DNA of 64,000 nt from Thermoplasmatota archaeon (GCA_040751795.1 JBFMHR010000005.1:32001-96000); one strand, 5' to 3'; shown: positions 17,892 through 27,811, counted from the stretch's first letter. The notes: a model not told the origin generated them from the sequence alone. Translations and numbers: made by a program.

Positions 17892-18812
17892 ATGTACGCC
17901 CTGAACAAGAACGAGCTGCGCGTGTTCCGGCTCGTATGCGACGGCCATGGCTCGGTGACGGAGCTCAGTGAGGCCACCGGCTTATCGGTCATCTCCATCT
18001 ACAGGATAGTCCAATCGCTGTCATCGAAGAAGCTGGCGACGAGCCAGAGGCGCGGCAAGACCAAAGTGGTGTCCAGAAGCCTGCACGGCCACTCGAGGGC
18101 TCTGGCCACGTACCTCGAGGGGAACCTCCGGCCGATCGAACCGCTGATTGGCACGCGGCTCCTCGTGATGCTCTCCGCCTCAAGGAATGCGAAGGCGATG
18201 GAGAGGATCGCGAAGGAGACACGGCTCGCCGAGGAATCCGTGCGCAGGATCGTCTGGACGTTGAAGGGGTTCGGGGCGGTGAACCAGGAGGGCGACAGGG
18301 TCTCGGTACCTCCATCGGACATCGCCCTTACGCGGTTCCTGAGGGACTTCTCTGAGGGGGCCTGCGCCGCGTTCCTGGAGGACATAGCCTCGTCTGGAAC
18401 GATAATGTGGAGCGAGGGACTGCAGTTCATATTCGCCACCCGCGAGCCGTTCGATGCGCCGGGGGTGCGCGAGACGGCGATAACAGCGATGTCGCGGCAC
18501 GGACTCCAGTTCCTGTCGGACACCAGGTACGGGTACTACGCATACTGGAGGCCCAGCCTCGGGCCGGAGGACATTGCTCTGCACAATGTCCTGATAGACA
18601 CCAACAGCTCAAGGGGCATCGCGTACAGTCTGCTCTTCCTGCAGAAGATGGGCTACAGGGAAGGCTACCTGCGCAGGCAAGGGGACGCGGTGGGCGCGGG
18701 CGAGCTCACCGAGCAGATGGACCGGTACCTCGGCGGAGGGAATGTCGGGAACCCGTTCTTCCCGACGAGGGCCGACATGCGGGAGTTGCGCGAGCAATAC
18801 GGGGTGAGGTGA
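17892..18812 (+). CDS. Winged-HTH protein (two HTH units plus C-terminal domain); putative antitoxin/regulator
   Basis: SVTELSEATGLSVISIYRIVQSL and MERIAKETRLAEESVRRIVWTL; atypical codon usage; 3 nt from the NTase gene. Confidence 0.7.
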   Translation: MYALNKNELRVFRLVCDGHGSVTELSEATGLSVISIYRIVQSLSSKKLATSQRRGKTKVVSRSLHGHSRALATYLEGNLRPIEPLIGTRLLVMLSASRNAKAMERIAKETRLAEESVRRIVWTLKGFGAVNQEGDRVSVPPSDIALTRFLRDFSEGACAAFLEDIASSGTIMWSEGLQFIFATREPFDAPGVRETAITAMSRHGLQFLSDTRYGYYAYWRPSLGPEDIALHNVLIDTNSSRGIAYSLLFLQKMGYREGYLRRQGDAVGAGELTEQMDRYLGGGNVGNPFFPTRADMRELREQYGVR

Positions 18813-18815
18813 ACG

Positions 18816-19643
18816 ATGCCTGCCCAGCTCGGGAGCGCCGAGGTCCTCTCAATCATGGAGAAGGCCGGGGCCATCTGCAGGAACGAGGTCCGGGCCTATA
18901 TGGTCGGAGGAGGGGCGATGGCCCTCAGGGGCGAGAAGGACGCCACGAAGGATGTGGACCTCATAGTGCGGTCTCCGGCCGAGGCGGAGGATCTCAAGAG
19001 GGCCTTCGAGTCCATGGGGTTCGCTGTCAACGCCAGAAAGCCCGAGGAGTGTCACGCGCTCGTCGACGCAACGATATTATCCGCCCCGACAGGGCTGCGC
19101 GCGGACATCTTCGTCGGGAAGGTATGCAACAGGCTCAGGCTCTCCGATGGCATGATTCGGAGAGCGGAGCTGGTGGACAGATGGGGAGGGATCACCCTGT
19201 ACATCTGCTCGAGAGAGGACATCTTCCTCCTCAAGAGCGTGACTGAGAGGTCGAGAGACCTCGACGACATGATCACGCTGTTCAGGAAGGGGCTGGACCG
19301 GGGCATAATCCTCGAGGAGTGCGAGGATCAGGCGGACCCCGCCGGTCTTGGCAATAGCAGCATCTGGGAGGCGTTCCTCCTGACCAAGGTAGAGGAGATG
19401 GAGAAGAGGCACGGAGTGAGCGTGCCCTGGAAGAGGGGCCTGAGGGCGAGGGCCGAGATGAAGCTGGGCGCTCAGCACCTGCTCAGGCTCGTCGGAGGAG
19501 GTGCGAGTACGATCAGGGACCTCGCGGCTGAGATGGGCGAGACGCCGGAGTTCGTCAGCAGATGCCTCCGCTACCTCGAGGAGACCGGCGAGATAGAGAT
19601 CGATAGGGGTGCCAGGCCTCACCGGGTCAGAGCGTCAGAGTAG
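18816..19643 (+). CDS. DUF6036/AbiEii-like nucleotidyltransferase with C-terminal HTH
   Basis: YMVGGGAM...ATKDVDLIV nucleotidyltransferase motif; EDIFLLKS..R.RDLDD; C-terminal TIRDLAAEMGETPEFVSRCLRYLEE. Confidence 0.75.
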   Translation: MPAQLGSAEVLSIMEKAGAICRNEVRAYMVGGGAMALRGEKDATKDVDLIVRSPAEAEDLKRAFESMGFAVNARKPEECHALVDATILSAPTGLRADIFVGKVCNRLRLSDGMIRRAELVDRWGGITLYICSREDIFLLKSVTERSRDLDDMITLFRKGLDRGIILEECEDQADPAGLGNSSIWEAFLLTKVEEMEKRHGVSVPWKRGLRARAEMKLGAQHLLRLVGGGASTIRDLAAEMGETPEFVSRCLRYLEETGEIEIDRGARPHRVRASE

Positions 19644-19781
19644 AAGCCCCCTCGGAGGCGACCTCCGGTCATGGCGGAATCGACCATTTCCCGTTCATCG
19701 AGATACGCGACGGCCCGTTCCCGCTCCTCCAGAAAGCTATTATCCGGCCGCGGCTCTTATCGCCGTGGGGATGATGTCGTC

Positions 19782-20597
19782 ATGAGGCGTCCAGCAGTGG
19801 CCGGCCAGTTCTACGAGGGCGACGAGCGCTCGCTGAGGAAGCAGATAGACGCCTGCTACCTGGGACCGCTGGGCCCCGGGAGGCTGCCCGAGCTGAGGGC
19901 GGGCCCGAGGAAGGTCCTCGGGGGCGTCGCGCCCCACGCAGGCTACATGTTCTCGGGCATGGTCGCCGCGCACCTTTACTCCCGGATTGCCGAGGACGGC
20001 TTCGCCAAGACATTCGTGATCATAGGGCCGAACCACACGGGCCGCGGCTCGGGGATGGCGATGTCCCTCGACGACTTCGAGACCCCGTTCGGCGTCGCCA
20101 AGGTCGACCAGGTGCTCGCGCGCGCGATGAGGAGGGACCTGGTCGATGTGGACCCCGAAGCGCACCACTTCGAGCACTCCATAGAAGTGCAGATACCTTT
20201 TCTGCAACACATATCCAAGGACTTCAAGATCGTCCCCCTCTGCATGGGCTTCCAGGACTTCGAAGCATCCAGGGCGGTCGGCGAGGTCATACGCGACGCC
20301 GTCAAGGGGAGGGACGCGGTCGTCATCGCCTCCACGGACATGTCGCACTACGTGTCCCCCGGGACCGCTAAGGCCAAGGACGGCAAGGCGCTCAAGAAGG
20401 TCGAGGCCATGGACCCGAAGGGGCTCAGCGAGGTCGTGGGCGACGAGAACATCTCCATGTGCGGCTACGGGCCCGTGATGGCGACGATGGTCGCGTGCGG
20501 CGGCGGGAAGGCCAGGGTGCTGAAGTACGCGACGTCCGGGGACGTGCGCCCGATGGCGGACGTCGTCGGCTACGCGTCCGTGGTCATTGAGAAGTGA
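19782..20597 (+). CDS. amrB: MEMO1-family protein (AmmeMemoRadiSam system protein B)
   Basis: RRPAVAGQFY; PHAGYMFSG; GPNHTG; EHSIEVQIPFLQ; STDMSHY; SMCGYGP; VVGYAS. Confidence 0.93.
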   Translation: MRRPAVAGQFYEGDERSLRKQIDACYLGPLGPGRLPELRAGPRKVLGGVAPHAGYMFSGMVAAHLYSRIAEDGFAKTFVIIGPNHTGRGSGMAMSLDDFETPFGVAKVDQVLARAMRRDLVDVDPEAHHFEHSIEVQIPFLQHISKDFKIVPLCMGFQDFEASRAVGEVIRDAVKGRDAVVIASTDMSHYVSPGTAKAKDGKALKKVEAMDPKGLSEVVGDENISMCGYGPVMATMVACGGGKARVLKYATSGDVRPMADVVGYASVVIEK

Positions 20598-21175
20598 GGG
20601 GGGTCCTGACCATCAGACTGCCGTTCAAGCTGCCCCGGGTGACATCCGGGGCCGTGCTCCTGATGTTCGCCCTGACCGCGGTCTGGGCGGCGCTGGTCGT
20701 CCTCGCCCCGCTCATGGTCCCGGCGGGGACGCTGACCGACCTCTCTGGACGGGTGGGGTTCCACGACAACGACCTCCTCCTCGACGAGCTGTCTCCGCTG
20801 CCCCACGCGATCTACTGGATCGGCGACGCGGAGTGCCACCAGCTCGCCAACAGGAGCTTCTTCCTCAACGACAACCAGATGCCCTTCTGCGCGCGCGACG
20901 TCGGCCTCTTCGTGGGCCTCGCCCTCGCCTCGGGGGTCGTGACGTTCATAAGGTACAAGGTGAACCCGCTGCTGGTGCTCGCGGGCCTCGTCCCCATAGG
21001 CCTGGACGGGGGGATCCAGCTCGTGACGGAGTACGAGTCCAACAACCTGCTGAGGGTCGCCACGGGCCTGCTGGCCGGCGCGGCCCTGGCCCTGCTCATG
21101 GCCCACTTCGTGTTCGCCCTCCAGGAGGACAGGCCGCGGGACCGGACCGAGGGGAAGGACCCGCCGTGCCAGTAA
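20594..21175 (+). CDS. DUF2085 membrane protein (copy 1)
   Basis: CHQLANRSF...QMPFCARDVG; DGGIQ...ESNNLLRVATG; GTGA overlap with MEMO1. Confidence 0.85.
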   Translation: MRGVLTIRLPFKLPRVTSGAVLLMFALTAVWAALVVLAPLMVPAGTLTDLSGRVGFHDNDLLLDELSPLPHAIYWIGDAECHQLANRSFFLNDNQMPFCARDVGLFVGLALASGVVTFIRYKVNPLLVLAGLVPIGLDGGIQLVTEYESNNLLRVATGLLAGAALALLMAHFVFALQEDRPRDRTEGKDPPCQ

Positions 21176-21263
21176 TCATGGATACCATTTAATAATTTTA
21201 AAACCCTCCAGGACTGGGACGGTGGGATATACCCACCGTCCCGGAGAATGGTGAGGTGGAGAG

Positions 21264-21596
21264 ATGACATCGGAACCGGGGGCCGCACCGACGAGGAACT
21301 GCGTATCCTGCGGCAGGGCGATCTCGTGGGACGCGAACGTATGTCCGTACTGCGGGCACGACTTCAGGGCCGCGCCGAGCTATGCACCGAAGGAGTCGAT
21401 CAGCGACGGCATGAAGATACTGCTGTACATACTGTCGTTCCTGTTCTTCATAATCGGGATCATAGTCGGCATAATCTACTACACGAAGCCGGAGCCCGAG
21501 CTGAAGGAGTTCGGCAAGATGTGCATAATACTCGCCGTGGTGGGTGCACTCATCGGGGGCCTGTGCTACTGCATAGGCTTCGCCGCGGTGCTCTGA
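21264..21596 (+). CDS. Zinc-ribbon + 2-TM membrane protein (copy 1)
   Basis: TRNCVSCGRAISWDANVCPYCGHDFR followed by two hydrophobic helices; GAGGTG SD. Confidence 0.85.
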   Translation: MTSEPGAAPTRNCVSCGRAISWDANVCPYCGHDFRAAPSYAPKESISDGMKILLYILSFLFFIIGIIVGIIYYTKPEPELKEFGKMCIILAVVGALIGGLCYCIGFAAVL

Positions 21597-21690
21597 GGTG
21601 CGGCGGCGCCAAACCTCTTCCGCAAACCCCTCTTGCGTTTAACCCCCCTCTGCGAACTGTTAACTCCGGGCCGGGCCATCCAGGTCCCGG

Positions 21691-22362
21691 ATGGAAGCGT
21701 TCTTCGACCTCCTGACGTTCCTGGGCTCCTCCGTCTGCCACCAGATCGCCGAGCGCTCCTACACCTTCGGGGACCACCAGATGCCCCTCTGCGCCAGGTG
21801 CATGGGCATCCACGTCGGCTTCCTGGTCTCGGCGGCGCTCCTCTGGGCGGGTGCACTCCGGCACGCCTCGGGCCTGCCACGGATGCGCGACCTGGTCCTG
21901 CTCTGCGCCGTCATGTCCGTGGCCGTCGCCGACGCCCTTCTCTCCTATTCGGGCATCTCCCCCTCTGACAACCTGCGCAGGACGCTCAGCGGCCTATGCC
22001 TTGGCGTGGCTCTGCCGTTCATCCTCTTCCCGATCATGAACACGGTCCTCTCCCCGGGGCGCGACCCGCGCGGCCCGATATCGCGGCCCATCGACTGGCT
22101 CAGGCCCGCGGCAGCCTACGCGATAGGGGCGTCGGCCATCCTCGGGGCGCCGTCGGCCCTCGCCCTCTTCGCGGCCGTGTCGGCCGCCGGCGTCGTCGGC
22201 CTGTTCCTCACCTTCTCCTGCGGCATCATGACCATACTGTCGCTCGCCCTGGAGCGCAGGCGCATCGCCCCGAAGTGGCTCGCGCTCATGTCCATTGCCG
22301 TCGCGGCGTCGGCCCTGACGGCGTCTGCGCTGTTCCACAACACCTTCCTGCCCGACGTATGA
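21691..22362 (+). CDS. DUF2085 membrane protein (copy 2)
   Basis: CHQIAERSY...QMPLCARCMG; SDNLRRTLSG; several TM helices. Confidence 0.85.
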   Translation: MEAFFDLLTFLGSSVCHQIAERSYTFGDHQMPLCARCMGIHVGFLVSAALLWAGALRHASGLPRMRDLVLLCAVMSVAVADALLSYSGISPSDNLRRTLSGLCLGVALPFILFPIMNTVLSPGRDPRGPISRPIDWLRPAAAYAIGASAILGAPSALALFAAVSAAGVVGLFLTFSCGIMTILSLALERRRIAPKWLALMSIAVAASALTASALFHNTFLPDV

Positions 22363-22474
22363 GGAGGGCGCCAGAGGCGGCGCGGGGTGGCACACCAGGG
22401 CAAGTGTTTTAAGGCACGGAAGGCGCTCTCAAACCAGCCGCGGCGGCACGGCCGCGGCGGAAAAGGTGGCATGA

Positions 22475-22921
22475 ATGACATCGACGCCTGCACAGGCCCC
22501 GACGAGGAACTGCGTCTCCTGCGGGAGGTCCATATCTTGGGATGCGAACGTTTGCCCGTACTGCGGGCACGACTACCGCGTGGTCATGGCGGGCGCCCCC
22601 CCGCAGAAGAAGGAGAGCGCCATGCCCGTGATTGGCGGGATACTGATACTGATCGTCGGCATCGCCTACCTGGGCATCGGCGGGCTGATCGCGGCCGCCG
22701 GCGGCTCCGTCCTCTGGATGGACATGGAGGGCTCCGAGTTCGCCGTCGCGTGCGGCGCGATCGTGCTGCTGCTCGGGGTCCTGGTGCTGCTGGGCGGGAT
22801 ATTCGCCATACAGAGGAGGCACTTCGGCCTGGCCCTGGTCGCGGGCATATTCGCCCTGCCCAGCGTCCTGGGGATCATAGGCCTGATCCTCATCATCGTC
22901 TCGAGGGAAGAGTTCCGTTGA
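22475..22921 (+). CDS. Zinc-ribbon + 3-TM membrane protein (copy 2)
   Basis: TRNCVSCGRSISWDANVCPYCGHDYR followed by three hydrophobic helices and an SREEF terminus. Confidence 0.85.
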   Translation: MTSTPAQAPTRNCVSCGRSISWDANVCPYCGHDYRVVMAGAPPQKKESAMPVIGGILILIVGIAYLGIGGLIAAAGGSVLWMDMEGSEFAVACGAIVLLLGVLVLLGGIFAIQRRHFGLALVAGIFALPSVLGIIGLILIIVSREEFR

Positions 22922-22974
22922 GGCGGGCGTAGGCCCGAAACCCGACCGCACCTGGGCGCCCCGCGGCGCCCGGG

Positions 22975-23898
22975 TCAGATCCTCTTCATCATCCCGAGCT
23001 CCGGCTCGTAGACGTCCCCCTTGTCAAGGAGGCTCGCCACGACCTCCTCGAGCCTGACCTTGTCGATCTTCTTGGCCTTGGCCGCCTCGACGACCCTGTC
23101 CCAGGGGGCGCCCTTGCCCCCGGCGTCCAGCTTCTCGATGATCGCCAGGACGGTGCCCTCCTCGTCCGCGCCGACGCCGACCTCGGTCATCTCCCCCTCG
23201 GCCTCCTGCGCCTTCGGCGCGGCGGGGGCCGGGGCCTTCGCCTGCACGCGCGTGGCCGGCCTCTCCTCGCCGGACCACTTGCCCGGAAGGACGGACGAGA
23301 GCGCGTCGCGGACCGAGTCCCTGAACCTGTCGAGGTCGATGTCCTTGTAGTACTCGAGGGCGCGGACCACGCCGTCCGCCAGGTTCTCCGGGTATCCCAG
23401 CTTCATGAGCTCCCCCACGCTCGGCTGCGCCATCTGCATCGCGTCCTTCATGGCCGATATCCTCACCAGGGTGCTCTTCGCGGTCTCGAGTATCCAGTAG
23501 TCCCTCGCGGCCGCGTCCACCTCGACCACGCGCTCGGGCCTGATGCTCAGGTACTTGACGCCCTCCTCGGGGGTGTAGGCCCTGCTCTTCCCGACGATGG
23601 CCGCGAACGCGGGCGGGGACATCTTGGAGAGCGATGCCGCGGCGGCGGGCTGGTACTCGCCCGCAGATACGTAGAACGTTCCGGTGGGGTCCGCGATCCG
23701 GGCCCGGTACCTGGGCTTCCCCTCCTCGCCTATGCTCTCTATGTCCGTGGCGACGCCCACGACCAGCATGCGGTTGACCTTGGCCCCAAGCGGGGTGATG
23801 ACGTACGAGGTGGGCTTCTCCCCCTCGCCCGTGTACTCGAGCGTCGAGGAGTTGTACTCCTCGGAGAAGAGGCGCCACGCGACCTCGCGGGCGTTCAT
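22975..23898 (-). CDS. RPA-associated protein (RPA32-like OB fold + C-terminal wHTH)
   Basis: REVAWRLF; TPLGAKVNR; DPTGTFYVSAGEYQP; LLDKGDVYEP; ATGA overlap with rpa. Confidence 0.85.
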   Translation of the reverse strand: MNAREVAWRLFSEEYNSSTLEYTGEGEKPTSYVITPLGAKVNRMLVVGVATDIESIGEEGKPRYRARIADPTGTFYVSAGEYQPAAAASLSKMSPPAFAAIVGKSRAYTPEEGVKYLSIRPERVVEVDAAARDYWILETAKSTLVRISAMKDAMQMAQPSVGELMKLGYPENLADGVVRALEYYKDIDLDRFRDSVRDALSSVLPGKWSGEERPATRVQAKAPAPAAPKAQEAEGEMTEVGVGADEEGTVLAIIEKLDAGGKGAPWDRVVEAAKAKKIDKVRLEEVVASLLDKGDVYEPELGMMKRI

Positions 23899-25214
23899 CG
23901 GCTCTCCTCCATCTCCACGAGGAGGCGCTCGACCTCGGCCCGCACGTCCTCCGTGCCGGCCGCGGCCTCGTTCACGATCATGGACAGGCCGTACTCGTCG
24001 GACGTGACGTTCCCGGTGAGGGTGAGGACCCTGAGCAGGAGCGCGTCCTCGACCATGTCCCTGACGACGTCGAGGTTCATGGACTTCTTGGCGGCCTCCA
24101 TGCACTCGTCCAGGGTGCGCCCTATGAGCCTCTCCGTGAGCTCCCGCCCCACGACCGCGCTCACCGCGCCGCTGCCGTCGTCGACGATGGTCTTGACCCT
24201 CAGGTCCGGGGTGCCGTCGACCCGGCCGTGGACCTTGCACGAGCCCTTCTGGAGTGCGCGCCTGCAGTCCGGGCACCTCATGATGAGGCCGGAGCCGTCC
24301 CTGACCTCTATCACCGCGCCCTTCACCGTCGCGTCGGCCGCGCCGCCCCTCGAGGCGACCTCGGATATCATCGACACCGCGCTCTTCTGGAGCTCCTCCG
24401 CCGACGGGAACTTCTCCTTGACCTTGAGGACCTCCGCCCGCTCGTCGAAGTTGAGCTGGGGTATGCCCCTCCAGCCCTTGACGGTGGCCTTGGAGATCCT
24501 GAGGATGTCCCCCTCCTTGACCTTGAAGTCGGACCAGGCGGTGAACTGGACCTTGCCGCTCTCGTCCGCGATGACGCCGGAGAAGATCCTCTTCTGCTCG
24601 CCCTTGACGGTCACGTCCCTCCCCTCCACGGAGAGGACGCGGCCCTTGACCTGGACGTAGCCCATGCCCTCCCTGAGCTCCGCCACAGTGGCGACCTTGG
24701 GAGGCCCGTCCGCCACCTGGACGTCCTTGATGGTCTCAGGGTCCTCCTTCCTGATGGTGACCCTGGTGCCGAAGTTGACCTGGACCCTCCCCTGGTACTC
24801 GCGGGTGTAGGCCCCCTTGACCGAGATGACCTCGCCCTTGGAGAGCTCCAGCCCCTCCGTCTCCCAGGCGGTGTAGGGCAGCGTCGTGGAGTCGTCCCCG
24901 ACGAAGCCGTAGATGATCCTCTTCTTCTCGCCCTTGGAGGTGATCTCCTTGCCGTTCGCGGACAGCACCTTGGCGACGAAGTCCACGTTGGGCTCGTTCG
25001 GCCTCAGCTCGGCGAGCTTCCTCTGGAACCCGACCGAGAAGGACTCCGGGTCCCCGCCGTGCTTCTTCACGATGGTCTTCTTGGCCATCGGGATGCTGAG
25101 CCTGTACACGTCGACGTACTTCCTCAGCTCCTCTTCGATCTCCTCTTCAGTCAGCTTGTCCCCGAGCGCCCTGGCGACTTCTTGTACGTAGGGCGCTAGA
25201 TTCTGTATCTCCAT
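23895..25214 (-). CDS. rpa: Replication protein A large subunit (multiple OB folds, zinc finger)
   Basis: Repeated GDDS/DESG...FTAW OB motifs; CPDCRR...CKVH zinc finger; DLRVKTIVDDGSG. Confidence 0.9.
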   Translation of the reverse strand: MEIQNLAPYVQEVARALGDKLTEEEIEEELRKYVDVYRLSIPMAKKTIVKKHGGDPESFSVGFQRKLAELRPNEPNVDFVAKVLSANGKEITSKGEKKRIIYGFVGDDSTTLPYTAWETEGLELSKGEVISVKGAYTREYQGRVQVNFGTRVTIRKEDPETIKDVQVADGPPKVATVAELREGMGYVQVKGRVLSVEGRDVTVKGEQKRIFSGVIADESGKVQFTAWSDFKVKEGDILRISKATVKGWRGIPQLNFDERAEVLKVKEKFPSAEELQKSAVSMISEVASRGGAADATVKGAVIEVRDGSGLIMRCPDCRRALQKGSCKVHGRVDGTPDLRVKTIVDDGSGAVSAVVGRELTERLIGRTLDECMEAAKKSMNLDVVRDMVEDALLLRVLTLTGNVTSDEYGLSMIVNEAAAGTEDVRAEVERLLVEMEESR

Positions 25215-25321
25215 GATACGTCCCCCAATGTTCAGGAGCAGCCGTTCGTCCCTGTGCTGCTCGCCTCATGACTGAGGCCCGGCGATATAAATGGATGCAC
25301 TGCGGGCAGGCGAAAGTACCT

Positions 25322-26080
25322 TCACGCCGGAGGGCGGCCGATGTTCCTGATCCTGTCCGCGCTCCAGACCATCAGGGAGATCTCCTCCCTGCTGAGTATG
25401 GAGTCGATCCCCTCGTACCTCTCCTTCAGTATCTGGACCGCGCCGGAGTGGACCTCGTCCGGGACCTCCCACTGCTCGGAGAACGTCCTCGCCTCGTAGT
25501 TGTGCAGGAGCGCGCCCACGTCGACCGCCTTCTCCTGGACGGTTATGACCGAGACGGAGTCGGGCTGGATGAGGTCCACGAGCTCCCTCTCCATGGGGCC
25601 CGCGTGCTTCACCTCGAAGCCGAGGTCCTTGCACGTCCCGGCGTACATCCTCCTGATCTCCTCGGCCTCCGACCTCCCCTTGTCCGATACGACGGACAGG
25701 AGGGAGGTCCTCGTCACCCTCCCGACCTCCCTCAGCGCGGAGCGCCAGGCCGGTATGAGGTGGATGAGGTGCACGCTGAGGGCGTAGTCGAAGGAGGCGT
25801 CCCTGAACGGGAGGGCGCACGCGTCGCCCCTCACCAGGCCGGCGACGCCCTTGGACGCCGCCTTCTGGAGCATCAGCCTGGCGACGTCTATCCCCACGAC
25901 CTCGAACCCCCTCCTCTGGAGGGGCATGGCGAACCTGCCGGTGCCGACGCCGTCGTCGAGGACGCTGGCGCAGGGCGCCATCGCCTTCTCGACCGCGTCC
26001 ACGATCTTGGACATGATTGCGTCCGGATAGGAGCGCGTCTCGTCGAACTTGTCCGCGATCCGGTCGAAGGACTTCGCCAT
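25322..26080 (-). CDS. Class I SAM-dependent methyltransferase
   Basis: FDRIA..FDETR; VLDDGVGTGR; GDACALPFRDASFD. Confidence 0.9.
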   Translation of the reverse strand: MAKSFDRIADKFDETRSYPDAIMSKIVDAVEKAMAPCASVLDDGVGTGRFAMPLQRRGFEVVGIDVARLMLQKAASKGVAGLVRGDACALPFRDASFDYALSVHLIHLIPAWRSALREVGRVTRTSLLSVVSDKGRSEAEEIRRMYAGTCKDLGFEVKHAGPMERELVDLIQPDSVSVITVQEKAVDVGALLHNYEARTFSEQWEVPDEVHSGAVQILKERYEGIDSILSREEISLMVWSADRIRNIGRPPA

Positions 26081-26342
26081 CCTGCCTGCCTTCCCGGGTA
26101 CGTCATCCCCCTCCCGGGTAGTTCAATGAATCGCTCAAGGCCGCGGGGGGCGGCGCCTAGCACGTCCGCCGGATTGAAGCGCGTTCGACTGCGCATGGCT
26201 GGCATGCTATTCATCTTCACGGGGCCCAGGACGAGTTCTGGAGATTGCGACGTCCGTCCGTGACGAATAGCCGAAAGTCAACCACACACGATAAATACAT
26301 ATCAGCGCAATATGGGCCAGCAACAGCGACTGGGGGGTTTTC

Positions 26343-26747
26343 ATGGCTACTGAGTTCGAGATTTCTGTCTCGGGTCCGACGAAGAATCTGCTGGACGCGA
26401 TAGGCGTCCTGTCGAGCCAGCTGGTCAACCTGGAGACCGTGGCCACGGCCAAGGTCGAGGACAGGTACGTCGTCCGGTTCCTCACCGGCAACGACGACGA
26501 GTGCAGGGGCGCCTTCATGAAGGCGGACCTGCCCTTCAAGGAGAGGAAGGTCCTCGTGCTGGACGTCTTCAACAGGCCCGGGCAGTGGCTCAGGGCCGCG
26601 AGGTGCCTCACGGACGGCGGCGTGGAGCTCGAGGGGAGCTACCTGCTCGGCCAGAAGAACGACCGGCTCAGGTTCGTCTTCGGCGTCAGCGACTACGAGA
26701 AGGCCAAGAAGATCGTCGGCCAGATCACCGACTGCTCCCTGGACTGA
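26343..26747 (+). CDS. Tandem ACT-domain protein
   Basis: 134 aa; VFNRPGQW ACT signature; two beta-alpha-beta repeats. Confidence 0.75.
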   Translation: MATEFEISVSGPTKNLLDAIGVLSSQLVNLETVATAKVEDRYVVRFLTGNDDECRGAFMKADLPFKERKVLVLDVFNRPGQWLRAARCLTDGGVELEGSYLLGQKNDRLRFVFGVSDYEKAKKIVGQITDCSLD

Positions 26748-26765
26748 GGCCAGGGGGAGCCGCGC

Positions 26766-26963
26766 GTGTGCGAGTCGTCGGTCTACCTCCTCAGGGGCGG
26801 GGAGAAGGTCCTGGTAATGAAGGAGGCCGGGAGGCTGCAGGTCTCCGGCGATGGCATCGTCTGCGTGAGCGCCATGGGCGAGAGGGTCGAGGTCCCGGGC
26901 GCGGAGATCGCAGACGCGAACCTGATCAGGCACGAGATAGTCCTCAGGCCGAGGGGTGAGTGA
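26766..26963 (+). CDS. cooT: CooT-family nickel-binding protein
   Basis: N-terminal MCES; C-terminal NLIRHEIVL; directly upstream of cooC. Confidence 0.85.
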   Translation: MCESSVYLLRGGEKVLVMKEAGRLQVSGDGIVCVSAMGERVEVPGAEIADANLIRHEIVLRPRGE

Positions 26964-27771
26964 GGGCCTGTCCCTGAAGGTGGCCGTCGCCGGGAAGGGG
27001 GGCGTGGGAAAGACCACCGTGGCCGGCTCGCTGGCGAGGGTCTGGGCGGCGGAGGGGCGGAGGGTCCTCGCCGTTGACGCGGACCCGGCCGCGCACCTGC
27101 ACTCGGTGCTGGGCATACCCAGGTCCGCGATGCCGAAGCCGATCTCCGAGGAGCTGGACCTCATCGAGGAGAGGACCGGGGCGCGCCCCGGGGCGGCGCT
27201 CGGCCCGTTCTTCAAGCTCAACCCGCGGGTGGACGACATCCCGGACAGGTACTCGGCGACGGGCCCGGACGGGGTCCGCCTCATCGTCCTCGGGACGATA
27301 AGGGCCGCCGGGTCGGGATGCTTCTGCCCCGAGAACGCCCTGCTCAGGGGCCTCCTGGAGCACATCGTGCTGGAGAGGGACGACGCGGTCGTGGTCGACA
27401 TGGAGGCCGGGCTGGAGCAGTTCGGCCGCTCGACCTGCAGGGGCGTGGACCTCCTGCTCATAGTTGTCGAGCCAGGGAGCAGGTCCGTGGACACGGCGGC
27501 CCGGATGGCCGCGCTCGCAAGTGAGATGGGCGTCCCGAGGACCGCCGTCGTGGGGAACAGGGTGGGACCGGGGGAGGAGGCCGCGCTCAGGGGGCTCCTG
27601 GACGCGCGCTCCCTGGAGCTGGCCTTCTCCTTCCCACGCTCGGAGGCCGTGGCGAGGGCGGACCTCGAGTGCCGCTCCCCGTTCGACCCCCCCGAGGGGG
27701 ACGCCTGGGCCGCGGACGTCGGACGCCTATCGAACGTGGTTTCAAGGTTGGCGGGTGAGGGCGGCGGTTGA
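26956..27771 (+). CDS. cooC: CODH nickel-insertion ATPase CooC
   Basis: GKGGVGKTT; DADP; GSGCFCPEN; DMEAGLEQFGR. Confidence 0.92.
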   Translation: MSEGLSLKVAVAGKGGVGKTTVAGSLARVWAAEGRRVLAVDADPAAHLHSVLGIPRSAMPKPISEELDLIEERTGARPGAALGPFFKLNPRVDDIPDRYSATGPDGVRLIVLGTIRAAGSGCFCPENALLRGLLEHIVLERDDAVVVDMEAGLEQFGRSTCRGVDLLLIVVEPGSRSVDTAARMAALASEMGVPRTAVVGNRVGPGEEAALRGLLDARSLELAFSFPRSEAVARADLECRSPFDPPEGDAWAADVGRLSNVVSRLAGEGGG

Positions 27772-27811
27772 AGGGACGTCCCCTCGGTCGGCAGGAGCCG
27801 TACACGCCCGG

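Noticed and set aside
17668-19700. Similar CATT(C)TCCCGTT sequences on both sides of the HTH-NTase insert as a target duplication
   Set aside because: Short, gapped match; not distinguishable from chance without an empty-site genome.
20594-22921. CxxC/CH motifs in ribbons, DUF2085 and Trm112 as heme-c sites for CcmF
   Set aside because: None is CXXCH (they are CPYCGH, CPVCKH, xCHQ), and the ribbons are predicted cytoplasmic.
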